DNA of 64,000 nucleotides, taken from assembly GCA_963650805.1 (NCBI GenBank), contig CAVJMG010000006.1:21439-85438 (forward strand). The letters are read 5' to 3'. The stretch is from an uncultured Bacteroidales bacterium. Its GTDB lineage: Bacteria > Bacillota_I > Bacilli_A > RFN20 > CAG-826. Below are positions 32,247 to 41,393 of this stretch, piece after piece. The notes under the pieces were generated by a model that worked only from the letters and a program-made list of their open reading frames with translations, had not been told where the DNA came from and made no database searches. Position numbers and translations under genes: made by a program. The stretch's first letter is position 1; each line of letters begins with the position of its first letter.

Positions 32247-34154
32247 ATGGAAATCCGCATCAAAGATTTGACCAAAATATTCCCTGGAGACGCGAAAAAG
32301 GGAATCCGCGACACAATCGCCGTGAAGGATATGTCCTTCGTCGTTCCCGATGGGAAACTTGTTGGTTTGCTTGGCCCTAGCGGTTGCGGCAAATCCACGA
32401 CCCTTTACATGATTTCCGGACTCCAAGTCCCTTCTTCTGGCGAAGTTTGGTTTGGCGATCAAGAAGTCACCAACCTCTCCCCTGAAAAGCGCGGCATTGG
32501 GCTTGTCTTCCAAAACTACGCCCTCTACCCGCACATGACGATTTACAAGAACATCGAATTCCCTTTGACCAATCTCAAAGTCGAAGTCCCCTTGGAAACC
32601 TTCTATGACTACAAGCTTTCTTATTCTTATGAAAAGAAGGCTGACGACATCGTTGCGGGAATCGTGAAATCCGCCCAAAGCCTTTGCCAAAAGCTCGGCT
32701 TGGGGAAAAAGAGCTACCTCGTTGAGGCCAAAGACGGCAATCCATTGGTCATCGACGTTACGTTGAAGTCCGTTTCTCCGAGCGTCGAATCTGCTTTCAA
32801 GAAGCATTTCACATCCATTATCCCTGCCACTTTGTCTAACGAAGAAAGTAAGCAGGTGTCTTCCCCTTTATACGATTCCACTGTTCGCGCAAGCGTTTTG
32901 AAGCCCTCTTCCCACGAGACTCTCAGCGTCTCAATCAAGGGGAAGCTCGGCAAAGGCTTCTCCACCTCCCATATCGATGATTGCATCTCCTCTTTCAAGG
33001 GCGCGGGGAAAGAATTCGGCAAAGTCATCAACGCCGCAATCGCCAAAACCAGCGAAGGCTATGAGCTCATGGCCAACATCAACGGCGTTAAGCGCGATAC
33101 CCTTGATGCCTTGGTTGCGAGAATCACTGCTTCCTTCGCTTATCCGGGTGGCGTCTCCTATTCTATTTCCGCGGTTAAGGACGCCGCTTTCCAAAAGGAA
33201 TTGAAGGCCGCTTTGAAGGCTAAGAAGGTCTCTTACAGCGATTTCAAACTCTATTTCGACAAAACGAACACCAAAGTCTTCTTCAAGCTTAAGAAAGTCA
33301 GCAAAGAAGACGCGAAAACCATTCTCGATGAGCTTTCTGAAAAACTTGGCCTTGGTGAATTGGAAGTCGTCACCGTCCAAGCCATTACTCATCGCTCTTT
33401 AACAAAAGAAGAAAGGCGCGACATCGTTTACGACGCCGCCAAACTCGTCCAAGTCGACGAATATCTGCAACGTAAACCCAATCAGCTCTCCGGCGGCCAG
33501 CAGCAGAGGGTCGCCATCGCCAGGGCCTTAGTCAAAAAGCCGAGGGTCTTGCTCCTTGATGAGCCGTTGTCCAACCTCGACGCCCGTTTGCGTTTGCAGA
33601 CCCGCGAGGAAATCCGCCGCATCCAGCAAGAAACCGGCATTACCACCGTCTTCGTCACCCACGACCAAGAAGAGGCTATGTCGATTTGCGACCAAATCGT
33701 GGTCATGAAACTCGGTGTCATGCAACAAATGGATGCCCCCCAAACCGTCTATAACGATCCCGCCAATCTCTTCGTCGCCCAATTCTTGGGCAACCCCCCG
33801 ATTAATGTCTTCGAAGGCAGAATCGAGGAAGACAAGGTTTATATCTGCGAAGAAAAAGTCATGGATCTTCCCTCCAAAACGGAGTCGAAGAGCGTTTATA
33901 TCGCCGTCAGGCCCGAGGGCTTCGCCATCGCTTCTGAAGACGAAAGCAACGCCCTTTCCGCCTCGATTGAGCAAATTCAGGTCCTCGGCCGCGACATTTC
34001 TCTTGTCGCCCATAATCCCGCCTGCACCAAGCCGACTTTCAAAGTCATCATCTCCAGCGAACAAATGCAGCAGGGCAAAGATGTTAAATTGACCTTAAAA
34101 GCCAATAAGACTTATCTCTTCGACCACGAAACGGAAGAAAGGATCCGCTTCTAA
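32247..34154 (+). CDS. MalK/UgpC/MsmK-like ABC ATPase with an insertion of about 270 aa in the helical subdomain
   Basis: Walker A GPSGCGKST and Q-loop FQNYALYPHMT lie at aa 43-98. The signature LSGGQQQRVAIARAL and Walker B LLLDEPLSNLDA appear only at aa 414 onward. A C-terminal MalK-like regulatory/OB domain is present. 635 aa in total. Confidence 0.9.
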   Translation: MEIRIKDLTKIFPGDAKKGIRDTIAVKDMSFVVPDGKLVGLLGPSGCGKSTTLYMISGLQVPSSGEVWFGDQEVTNLSPEKRGIGLVFQNYALYPHMTIYKNIEFPLTNLKVEVPLETFYDYKLSYSYEKKADDIVAGIVKSAQSLCQKLGLGKKSYLVEAKDGNPLVIDVTLKSVSPSVESAFKKHFTSIIPATLSNEESKQVSSPLYDSTVRASVLKPSSHETLSVSIKGKLGKGFSTSHIDDCISSFKGAGKEFGKVINAAIAKTSEGYELMANINGVKRDTLDALVARITASFAYPGGVSYSISAVKDAAFQKELKAALKAKKVSYSDFKLYFDKTNTKVFFKLKKVSKEDAKTILDELSEKLGLGELEVVTVQAITHRSLTKEERRDIVYDAAKLVQVDEYLQRKPNQLSGGQQQRVAIARALVKKPRVLLLDEPLSNLDARLRLQTREEIRRIQQETGITTVFVTHDQEEAMSICDQIVVMKLGVMQQMDAPQTVYNDPANLFVAQFLGNPPINVFEGRIEEDKVYICEEKVMDLPSKTESKSVYIAVRPEGFAIASEDESNALSASIEQIQVLGRDISLVAHNPACTKPTFKVIISSEQMQQGKDVKLTLKANKTYLFDHETEERIRF

Positions 34155-34164
34155 GGAGGGCTTT

Positions 34165-35250
34165 ATGCTATTTAAGAAGAAAGCAAAAGCTCCTGAACAA
34201 CCCGTGAACTTGGCCGCCCAAGAGCTTTTCGCCGAAGAAAGGCCAAATTATAGCGAAGGGTATGACGCAGAAAGCGGAACTGTCGTCCGCTTGGTTTCGC
34301 GCCATCCTTCCAAAAAGGCGTACCAAACCCGCGGCATTGAAGACATCGGAGCTTCCAACAACTGGAAGGGCTGGCTCTACCTCGCCCCGGTCATCGTCTT
34401 GGTCGCCATCTTCCTCATCTATCCGCTCATCAACACCATCTTCATCGCCTTCACGGGCAATTATGAATACGCGACCGGTAAATTCGATTATCTGACGTTC
34501 GAGAATTTCGCTTACATCTTCGGCCTTACGACGAATGCGGCGGGCGGCACGGAATACAACTTCGTCCGTTACGCTTTGCCAAATACCTTCTTGCTCGTCA
34601 TAATCACCGTTCCCGTATCCATATTCTTGGCCTTGATTATCTCGGTGGCTTTGAATTCGATTCCTTGGTTTAAGAAATTCCTTCAAACCCTCTTCTTCCT
34701 TCCCTACGTCACCAACGCCATCGCCGTCGGTATGGTCTTCTCGGTCATCTTCGACGACAAAGGCGTCATCAACTACATTTTCAATACGACAACGACGTGG
34801 ATTTACGGGGCGAACCCGCAAATCGCGATGATCCCTCTTTGCCTTTATATCGTCTGGGGCAGCATCCCGTATAAGATTTTGATTTTCCTTTCGGGCTTGC
34901 AGGGCATCGATAAGCAGTATTACCAAGCCGCCATGATCGACAGCACCCCGCACTGGAAGGTGCTTTGGCGCATCACCGTCCCCCTTCTTTCGCCTCAAAT
35001 CCTTTACATCATGATTACTTCCTTCATCGGATCGTTTAAGGAATACACGCATATCGTCGGCTTGTTCAACGGCCCCGGAACTTTGGGTACAAGCGGCGAT
35101 CCCAACATGGAAACCATCGTTTATTACATCTACGAGAATCTTTCCACGCACACCTCTTACGCCGCCGCGGCCGCCGTGTTCTTGTTCGTCATCATCCTCG
35201 TCTTCACCGCTTTGCAATTCTGGGCGTCGAAGAAGAGGGTCCATTATTGA
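34165..35250 (+). CDS. Carbohydrate/glycerophosphate-type ABC permease (MalF/UgpA-like)
   Basis: Multi-pass membrane protein with the EAA-like loop LSGLQGIDKQYYQAAMIDSTPHWKVLWRITVPLL. AAGGAGGG RBS is present. Confidence 0.85.
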   Translation: MLFKKKAKAPEQPVNLAAQELFAEERPNYSEGYDAESGTVVRLVSRHPSKKAYQTRGIEDIGASNNWKGWLYLAPVIVLVAIFLIYPLINTIFIAFTGNYEYATGKFDYLTFENFAYIFGLTTNAAGGTEYNFVRYALPNTFLLVIITVPVSIFLALIISVALNSIPWFKKFLQTLFFLPYVTNAIAVGMVFSVIFDDKGVINYIFNTTTTWIYGANPQIAMIPLCLYIVWGSIPYKILIFLSGLQGIDKQYYQAAMIDSTPHWKVLWRITVPLLSPQILYIMITSFIGSFKEYTHIVGLFNGPGTLGTSGDPNMETIVYYIYENLSTHTSYAAAAAVFLFVIILVFTALQFWASKKRVHY

Positions 35251-35262
35251 GGAGGGTAAGTC

Positions 35263-36234
35263 GTGAAAGAGCAAATCAAAACATACCCGGATTTCAAAAA
35301 AGTCCGCGTCAATGACAACCTCACCCTTTCTCTAGGAGAGTCAGGGAAAACGGTCGATGCGATAAAAAGAACCGAGAAGGTATCGAAAATCATAATGACC
35401 ACGCTGACCTACATCTTCATTTTGGTCTTGGCCGTCATCGTGGTTTTCCCCTTCTATTGGATGATCATCACCTCGCTTAAGCAAAACGAGGAAATCCGCG
35501 CGGCCACCCAAACCTTCTTCCCCTCCATCGTCATGTGGAGCAACTACGTCCACGTCTTCCAAGTCTTCGATTTCGGAACCTACATGTGGAACACGATCGT
35601 CGTCGCCTTCTTCTCCACTTTGGGGACCTTGCTAACGACCATCCTCGCCGCCTTTGCCTTCGCTAGACTCAAATTCAAAGGGCGCGACGCCGTGTTCGCC
35701 ATCTTCCTCATGACCATGATGATTCCGGGCGAAATGATGGTCATCTCCAACTACATCACCGTCGCTAGCTTTGGCTGGGTTGGGCAAACCCAAACTCTAT
35801 ACGAAGCCTATCTCGCCATGATCGTCCCGTTCATCATCTCCGTCTTCTACATCTACTTGCTCCGCCAGAATTTCAAGCAGATCCCCAACGAACTTTATTT
35901 AGCCGCCAAAGTCGATGGCAAAAGCGACTGGTCCTTCCTTTGGAAAGTCATGGTTCCTTTGGCCGCACCGACGCTTATTTCCATCACCATTCTCAAATTC
36001 ATGGGCACGTGGAACTCCTATGTGTGGCCTAACCTCGTTACCCAGTCTCGCGATTATCGCTTGATTTCCAACGGTCTTCGTTCCTCGACCTTCGTCGACG
36101 TCGATCTTGGCTTGACCGATTACGGCTACCAGATGGCCGCGACGGTTCTAGTTACCGTGCCTTTGTTCCTGCTCTTCATCTTCTTCCGCAAATACATCAT
36201 GAAAGGTGTTGGGCGTGCCGGCATTAAAGGATAG
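35263..36234 (+). CDS. Carbohydrate/glycerophosphate-type ABC permease (MalG/UgpE-like)
   Basis: GTG start after GGAGGG. EAA loop is LRQNFKQIPNELYLAAKVDGKSDWSFLWKVMVPLAAP. Confidence 0.85.
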   Translation: MKEQIKTYPDFKKVRVNDNLTLSLGESGKTVDAIKRTEKVSKIIMTTLTYIFILVLAVIVVFPFYWMIITSLKQNEEIRAATQTFFPSIVMWSNYVHVFQVFDFGTYMWNTIVVAFFSTLGTLLTTILAAFAFARLKFKGRDAVFAIFLMTMMIPGEMMVISNYITVASFGWVGQTQTLYEAYLAMIVPFIISVFYIYLLRQNFKQIPNELYLAAKVDGKSDWSFLWKVMVPLAAPTLISITILKFMGTWNSYVWPNLVTQSRDYRLISNGLRSSTFVDVDLGLTDYGYQMAATVLVTVPLFLLFIFFRKYIMKGVGRAGIKG

Positions 36235-36292
36235 AATAACCAAGGGTTTAAGATTCTTAAGAATCTTGGATACAAAACGAAAGGAAAAACTT

Positions 36293-37852
36293 ATGAAAAA
36301 ATCGATCTATGTGTATTCGATGGCTGCGTTGCTCGCTTTGGCGGGCTGCTCTCAAGGCGGAGGAACGCCGGCTTCTAGCTCTTCTCAAGCTCCCGCTTCC
36401 AGCGCTCAAGAATCTTCTAGCTCCGGGGATTCGACCGGCATTATCAAAGAGAAGACCGAAATCACTTTGACCGCGACCCTCTCTTACACCGATCAGATTG
36501 AATCCTTTATCGAAAGCTTCAAGAAAGTCGAACCGAACGTCACTGTTACCTATTCGAAGGAATCCACCGGCTACGACGGGCTCAAAGACAAAATCGTTGA
36601 AGGCATCGCCGTCAATAACTACGCCGATATGGCCGTTTTGTATCCTGACGCGATCGGCACGCTCATCAATTACAACGTCGTCACCCAGCTCGACGACTAT
36701 ATGAACAACACCGAATACGGCTTCACCGCCGACGACATCGATGACATCGCCCCGGCCTACATCGAAGAAGGAAAGAAGTATTCCGTCGAAGGAACCTATT
36801 CGCTCCCTTTCTGCAAATCCACCGAGGCCATGTTCTACAACAAAGGGATTCTCGTTGGCTTGGACCTCTCCGCTTATGATGCCACCATCAATGAAGGCAA
36901 AGCCCTCAGCGAGACTTATCTCAACAACCTCACTTGGGACGAACTCTTCGACAAGCTTTGCCCCGCTTTGGTCGCCTATAACGAAGTCGCTGATTCCGAC
37001 CACAAAATCCTCCAAGATAACGCCACCTATTCCAAAGCCGTCCTTGGATACGATTCCGACGACAACCTCTTCATCACCCTTGCCGAGCAATATGGCTATG
37101 GCTATACCAGCGTCGACGCCGTCACCGGAGAAGGGAAGCTTCTCTTCAACGTCGATGACATCGATTCCGACGGCGATGGGAAAAACGACACCAACGGCAT
37201 GAAAGAGCTTCTCAAGAAGTTCAAGAAGGCCTACGACAAGGGCTATATCATCACCAAAGGCTCCAGCAACGGCGGCAACTACACCAATTATTCCTTCACC
37301 GCCGGATCCGCCCTCTTCTCCATCGGCTCCACCGGGGGCGCCAAATACCAACAGAGCGATACCCTCGATACCGGAGTTGCCAACATTCCCCAGGCCCCCA
37401 AGGGGGACGGACATAAATCCGCCGTCATCTCCCAAGGACCCTCCATTTGCTTGCTCAACCACAAAGACGCCAACAAGAGCCTTGCCTCTTGGCTCTTCTA
37501 CAAGCACATGGTCACCACCAAGAATTCCTTGAAATGGTCTCTTGACACCGACTATGCTCCGATTCGCTACAGCGCCATGGAAAGCAATGAATATCTCGAT
37601 GCCTCTTCCGAAACTGATACCGAGCTCTATAGCCTTGACCGTCTTAAAGCCAGGGTTCGCACCTACGTTGCTTCTAGCGACGTCAGCAGCTCCCTGTATA
37701 CCTCGCCCGTTTTCAAAGGCAGCGATGCCGCGAGGACCCAGGTCGGCTCTCTTGTGACCACGCTGTTCAAGACCGACGCCGAAAAGTTCACCGACGAATT
37801 GGTCAACGCCGAATTCGCCAAAGCCGAAAACACCGTCAAAACCAAGATGTAA
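36293..37852 (+). CDS. ABC substrate-binding lipoprotein 1 (family 1 extracellular solute-binding-like)
   Basis: MKKSIYVYSMAALLALAGC has a lipobox, followed by a Ser-rich linker. It resembles the next gene in its SBP-like blocks (YSLPF.KSTE.MFYNK, ISQGPS). Confidence 0.75.
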   Translation: MKKSIYVYSMAALLALAGCSQGGGTPASSSSQAPASSAQESSSSGDSTGIIKEKTEITLTATLSYTDQIESFIESFKKVEPNVTVTYSKESTGYDGLKDKIVEGIAVNNYADMAVLYPDAIGTLINYNVVTQLDDYMNNTEYGFTADDIDDIAPAYIEEGKKYSVEGTYSLPFCKSTEAMFYNKGILVGLDLSAYDATINEGKALSETYLNNLTWDELFDKLCPALVAYNEVADSDHKILQDNATYSKAVLGYDSDDNLFITLAEQYGYGYTSVDAVTGEGKLLFNVDDIDSDGDGKNDTNGMKELLKKFKKAYDKGYIITKGSSNGGNYTNYSFTAGSALFSIGSTGGAKYQQSDTLDTGVANIPQAPKGDGHKSAVISQGPSICLLNHKDANKSLASWLFYKHMVTTKNSLKWSLDTDYAPIRYSAMESNEYLDASSETDTELYSLDRLKARVRTYVASSDVSSSLYTSPVFKGSDAARTQVGSLVTTLFKTDAEKFTDELVNAEFAKAENTVKTKM

Positions 37853-37882
37853 TTTAGCCGCCAACGCTAGAAGGAGACCGAT

Positions 37883-39340
37883 ATGAAACCATTCACCAAA
37901 TTAATTCTCGCCGCTCCCCCGGCCATATTAGCGCTTTGCGCATGCGCTTCCGGAGGCGGCGAGGCTTCTTCTAGCGGGGTGACCGTTGAATTCTGGACCA
38001 CTTTTGGCCAGAAGGTTATGGACGGCATCGAGACCAAAGCTGCCGAATTCTCCAAAATCATCAAAGAGAAGGAAGGCGTTGACGTCACGATCAATGCCAG
38101 CTATCAAGGCGGGTACACCGACACCCTCGCCAAAATCGAAAAGGGCTTGGCCATCGGCAACACGCCGACCATGGCCATTGCTTATCCTGACCACGTCGCC
38201 AATTATCTGAGCGTCTCCGACGGTTCGCTTGTTTACAACCTCGATAATTACATCAACGATCCCGAAATCGGATTCGGCAAACAAAGCTATCTTGGAGACA
38301 CCAAGGGAAGTGCTGTCTATGGCGAAGACGATTTCGTGGACTCCTTCCTCGATGAAGGAAAGCACTACGCCAAAAAAGGAACCTATTCGCTTCCTTTGAT
38401 GAAGTCTTCCGAAGTCATGTTCTACAACAAAGAAGCGGTCGCCAACGCTTTCCGCCTCTATAGGCCCGACATCCTTTCTGATGATGCAAGAGATGAATTC
38501 CTCGCCAAGATGAGTTGGAGTGAGCTCATCGATTTGTGCAAAGTGGCCTATCAAAACAAAGACAAAGTCCTCACCACGATGGAAGAGCCTCTTTTCTATG
38601 ATAGCGATTCCAATTTCATCATTTCCAAGATGTACCAGGAGAATATCGCCTATTCGAGCATCAATTCTTCGGGCGTTGGATCGATTGACTTCGAAAGCGG
38701 TGAAAACAGAACCAAGACCGAAGCCCTTCTCAACGAATTCAAAGCGTTGAGGGATGAAGGCATCCTCACCACCAAAGGCATTGAAGATACTTACGGCTCC
38801 GATTCGTTCAAAGCCGGGAAATGCCTCTTTGAGGTCGGTTCTAGCGGCGGAACGGGTTATGCAATGCCCGATGGCTCTGCGTTTGAGGTCGGCATCGTGA
38901 AGGTGCCCGCTTCCAATAACAATCCCCTTTATGTTTCCCAGGGCCCAACCCTAACTTTCCTAAAGTCCACGACGTTGTCTTCTGAAGAAAACGACCTCAG
39001 GATGCGCTATGCTTGGCAGTTTGCGAAGTTCCTCACCAACCCCGACGCTAATGACTATCTTTGCGTCTATGGGTCGGAAGGCTATTTGCCCGTGCGCTAT
39101 AGCGCTTATGAGACCAGCGCCTACCTCCAATTCCTCGACGAAGGGGAAATCTACGCCAACTCCGCCAAAGTCTTGATCGATGACATCGATGGGCATTATC
39201 TCAACACAGACGTTTTCGTTGGATCGGCTGAGCTTCGCACGCAAATCGGCTCCGCTCTAACCCAAACCCTTTTGGGCACTAAGACCGCGACCCAAGCTCT
39301 TGACGACGCCATTAAGACCGCCAAAACCGCATTAAAGTGA
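37883..39340 (+). CDS. ABC substrate-binding lipoprotein 2, a paralog of SBP 1
   Basis: MKPFTKLILAAPPAILALCAC is lipobox-like. Shared blocks with SBP 1 include YSLPLMKSSEVMFYNK and VSQGPT. Confidence 0.75.
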   Translation: MKPFTKLILAAPPAILALCACASGGGEASSSGVTVEFWTTFGQKVMDGIETKAAEFSKIIKEKEGVDVTINASYQGGYTDTLAKIEKGLAIGNTPTMAIAYPDHVANYLSVSDGSLVYNLDNYINDPEIGFGKQSYLGDTKGSAVYGEDDFVDSFLDEGKHYAKKGTYSLPLMKSSEVMFYNKEAVANAFRLYRPDILSDDARDEFLAKMSWSELIDLCKVAYQNKDKVLTTMEEPLFYDSDSNFIISKMYQENIAYSSINSSGVGSIDFESGENRTKTEALLNEFKALRDEGILTTKGIEDTYGSDSFKAGKCLFEVGSSGGTGYAMPDGSAFEVGIVKVPASNNNPLYVSQGPTLTFLKSTTLSSEENDLRMRYAWQFAKFLTNPDANDYLCVYGSEGYLPVRYSAYETSAYLQFLDEGEIYANSAKVLIDDIDGHYLNTDVFVGSAELRTQIGSALTQTLLGTKTATQALDDAIKTAKTALK

Positions 39341-39350
39341 GGATCAGAAC

Positions 39351-40871
39351 ATGAAAAAGAAATCTTTATTGCTCATATTAACCGGAGCCGCCGTGTTGGC
39401 GCTTGGTTCCTGCGCTTCGAATAACGGAGGAGATTCTTCGGGCCCAACCCCTGCTTCGTCCTCGAATAGCGGCGCTTCTAGCGCAGCCGAATTCATTGAC
39501 TACGCTGGTAACGGAAGCGTCACCCTCTCTCTTGATTACGAGGGCAAGAATTTCTGGACCGACGGCATTGAGCAGGTGACTTTGTACAACACCGTCGATG
39601 GCGATACCGCCCACTTCACGACAAAAGAGAAAAACTCCAAGGGCGATACGCTTCTTAAGTCTCGTTTCTACGGCATCGATACCCCAGAGTCCACCGGCAA
39701 AGTCCAGCCTTGGGGCAAACCGGCCTCCAAATACACCTCCGGCATTTTGGAGAACGCCAACAAAAACGGAACGATCGTCGTTTCTTCTCCGCAAAAGGTC
39801 TACGGCGCCCCTTCTCCAGACTCCACCGGTTCGCGCTACGTTTCGCTGATTTGGATTAACGAAACGGTCAAAAACGCCCCCAAAGAGCAACTCAAGCTTT
39901 TGAACCTCATGATCGTCCAAGATGGCTATTCTTGGGTCAAAAACGTTTCCGATTTCCCGGAATACACCGATACGTTCTACGCCGCCGAAAGCCAAGCCAA
40001 GAACCTTGGGCTGCACCTTTTCGGAACGGAGAAAGACCCTTATTACAACTATGGGGACTATCAAAACGTTTCGCTGCTCGATCTGAAGAACGAAATGGTC
40101 GCCACCCTCAAAGATTCTTCCCACGAAAACGCCTACGACAACGCCAAAGTCACCGTTCAGGGAACTGTGGCTGGCTATTCCAACCATATCCTCTATATCC
40201 AGGATTATTGCTCTTACGTCGATGATTCCGGGGAGCCGCTTTACTATAACGACAAAGGTGAATCCATCTACGAGGACAAAATCAAGGCGGGTATCCTCGG
40301 CGAATACGCGGGCATCAACATTTTCGTCGGCATGTCCGCCATTCCTTCCAAATACACCACAATCAACACTTATATTCAGGTCTCCGCGTTAGCCCTTGAA
40401 TCTCAATATGGCTTCCAATTGACCGACGCGACCTTCCCCACCCTTTCCTATGACGAGAATGACGCCCAAGTCCTCATCAAAGCCAAAGACAATACCGATG
40501 AGCATGCTTTGCATACTTTCGAATACACCTCAACGCAATTGAACCAGCTCATTGCTGATCAGAATTTCGAATCCTTGAATTGCTCCGTCAAGCTCACCGA
40601 TGCGGTCGAAGTCACCGGCGGCTACGATTCCGATGGAAGCGTCGTGCTTTATACGGGCGACGATTCTTCTTCCTTCTCCGTCTATCTTGGCTTCTCTTAT
40701 CAGCCCGATCCCGATGACAGCGTTCTGAAATGGACGTCTTACGAGAAATTCGTGGGCAATTCCTTCTTCTTCTCTGGCGTGTTTGGCTTGCATACGAGCT
40801 CTACCGGCACCCGCCACTTCAACATCTATCCTTCAAAATCGAGCGACGTGGTGTACCAGAAAGAGGCCTGA
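39351..40871 (+). CDS. Staphylococcal-nuclease (SNase/thermonuclease)-family lipoprotein with a C-terminal OB-like extension
   Basis: MKKKSLLLILTGAAVLALGSC has a lipobox. The SNase catalytic blocks are VDGDTAHF...KSRFYGIDTPES...GKPASKYT. The downstream VTVQGTVAGYSNHILYIQD resembles an OB-fold strand pattern. Confidence 0.85.
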   Translation: MKKKSLLLILTGAAVLALGSCASNNGGDSSGPTPASSSNSGASSAAEFIDYAGNGSVTLSLDYEGKNFWTDGIEQVTLYNTVDGDTAHFTTKEKNSKGDTLLKSRFYGIDTPESTGKVQPWGKPASKYTSGILENANKNGTIVVSSPQKVYGAPSPDSTGSRYVSLIWINETVKNAPKEQLKLLNLMIVQDGYSWVKNVSDFPEYTDTFYAAESQAKNLGLHLFGTEKDPYYNYGDYQNVSLLDLKNEMVATLKDSSHENAYDNAKVTVQGTVAGYSNHILYIQDYCSYVDDSGEPLYYNDKGESIYEDKIKAGILGEYAGINIFVGMSAIPSKYTTINTYIQVSALALESQYGFQLTDATFPTLSYDENDAQVLIKAKDNTDEHALHTFEYTSTQLNQLIADQNFESLNCSVKLTDAVEVTGGYDSDGSVVLYTGDDSSSFSVYLGFSYQPDPDDSVLKWTSYEKFVGNSFFFSGVFGLHTSSTGTRHFNIYPSKSSDVVYQKEA

Positions 40872-40874
40872 TCA

Positions 40875-41348
40875 ATGTATTGCTCCCATTGCGCGAAGAA
40901 AATAAACGAAAGCAAGATCGAAGCCAAAAAGCCTTCTTTCGACCCGAACGTCGAAATCAAAGAAGGCACGGGCGTCTCTTACGTTTGCCCCCGCTGCGGG
41001 CATCTCATTCATTCCGAGCTCGACGAAAAGGAAGTCAAATCCCTTTCTCAAGCTGCCCACGCCCAAATTCAAAGGGCTAGGAACAATTTCGCCTCTGGCA
41101 TGGGCATGGTTTCCATTGGGGCCATTGCCTTAGTTCTGTCCATCCTCTTCTTCTTCCTTGCGAAGAAGCCGACGAACCAGTATCAGCTCGTCGTTGATTG
41201 CGCGGAGTTCTACGTCTTCGTGGTGCTCCTTGTTGCTTCGGTTATTCTCCTTGGCGTAGGAGGGAGTTTTGTCGGTATTGGCATCGTCAAAAAGCAACGC
41301 AACTCCCGTCTGCTCAAGGATATTAACAACCGGACCTTCGTTCAGTAA
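40875..41348 (+). CDS. Zinc-ribbon membrane protein
   Basis: CSHC...CPRC forms an N-terminal zinc ribbon, followed by two hydrophobic helices. 157 aa. It starts 3 nt after the nuclease stop. Confidence 0.6.
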   Translation: MYCSHCAKKINESKIEAKKPSFDPNVEIKEGTGVSYVCPRCGHLIHSELDEKEVKSLSQAAHAQIQRARNNFASGMGMVSIGAIALVLSILFFFLAKKPTNQYQLVVDCAEFYVFVVLLVASVILLGVGGSFVGIGIVKKQRNSRLLKDINNRTFVQ

Positions 41349-41393
41349 GTCCGGATACATCGTCGCTTAGCTATTTGGGAATTAGGAGGAATT

